A stretch of DNA of 64,000 nucleotides from Octopus sinensis (taxonomy: Eukaryota), in NCBI RefSeq assembly GCF_006345805.1, contig NW_021832864.1, forward strand, positions 33,265 through 97,264, in the 5' to 3' direction. The notes under the pieces are model-generated. The model ran no database searches and was not told the DNA's origin. It was given only the letters and a program-made list of their open reading frames with translations. Of this stretch, positions 62,979-64,000 are shown piece by piece (within the stretch, counting starts at the first letter, position 1; every line of letters starts with the position of its first letter). A program made the translations under genes and the position numbers.

Positions 62979-64000
62979 CACACACACACACACAACACAC
63001 ACACACACACACACACACACGTGTATATATGTATGCATGTATGTATGTATGTGTATATATATATGTATATATTATAAGTTCCAAAATGCAAACGGAAACA
63101 CAAAGGAACAAACGGAAAATTAACACACACGAGACAGGACGTTGCTTATTCCTCGTCAGTTATCGGCATGTATGTATTGTGCGTGTGTATATGTGCGTAT
63201 TGTGTGTAACTGTGTATGTTTGTGCTTATCGCTCTCGTCGCTTGTCAACCAGCGTGGCTTGTTTACACCCTTGTCACATCTCGGTTTGGCTAAAGAAACC
63301 GATACAATAAGTAACAAGTTAAAAACAAATGGTACTGGTGTCAATTTTATAGACTAAATGCTTCAAGATAGTGCTCTAACATGGCCACAGTCCAATGATT
63401 GAAACAAGTAAAAGAATAAAGGAATAAAGGAATAAATGAATGAGAATATAACACAAAAAAATGGGATAACACTTTTTCCATATAAAAGCAACAGTAACGA
63501 TTACAACATTATCAGATATAAAAAAAAATATTGAAAACTGCATTAACGACATGTAGCCACAACACCTGCAAAATCAACAACAGCGGCAACAACAACAATT
63601 GCAATTACATTAGTATCAGTAATGCAAGTAGCAACATCAAGAACTAAAGAAATAGCCAAAAATATACACACAGCGAAACAACAGCGAAAAGAACAGAATC
63701 AAGAATAATGACAATAACAACGACAACAACACGAACAACAATAGCAGTAATCGAAATTGTTACAACAACTAAGAGAACAATACACCTAAAAACAAAAACA
63801 ACAGCAATAGCATTAGTATGAGTCAGAAGAACAAGAAAAGAACCATCAGCAACAACTTCAGCAATGACAACAACACGAACAACAACAATCAAGAAGAACG
63901 AAGAAGATAGAATAACAACAACAAAAAGAAGAAGGAGCAGAAGAAGAGAGAAGAAGATGAAGAACAATTGAGAACATTTGTAGAGAGGAGCGGAAAAGAT

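Overview
AT-rich, microsatellite-dense animal genomic DNA. The SINE families and simple-repeat load look like octopus / coleoid cephalopod DNA (inference, no database check). One protein-coding gene is supportable: a type I transmembrane mucin-like protein (signal peptide, about 650 aa non-repetitive Ser/Thr-rich stalk, 2-Cys SEA-like domain, TM helix, about 175 aa tail with NPxY). The ORF track starts it at 11037, but the sequence supports a two-exon model: a small signal-peptide exon (9516-9564, GTAAGT donor) joined in phase 1 to an acceptor at 11088/11089. The rest is mostly decayed transposons: four tRNA-type SINE families, RTE, CR1/L2-like and R4/Dong-type LINEs, Penelope-like elements, mariner, Tc1, pogo/Tigger, Helitron/Helentron-type elements and MITEs. 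Nearly all other listed ORFs are microsatellite artefacts. Best second-look items: (1) the hidden first exon and orphan mucin receptor; (2) about nine minimal hammerhead-ribozyme-like motifs on Penelope-type termini beside (TA)n tracts, two pairs in inverted repeats; (3) a SINE present as monomer, dimers and tetramer whose 3' end always abuts a GTAT/GGTA-like target, including the equivalent site inside related SINEs; (4) a 150 bp element present twice between CTWTATCAC direct repeats. No bacterial-type system or CRISPR array is present. Transposon fragment boundaries are approximate because I translated them by eye.
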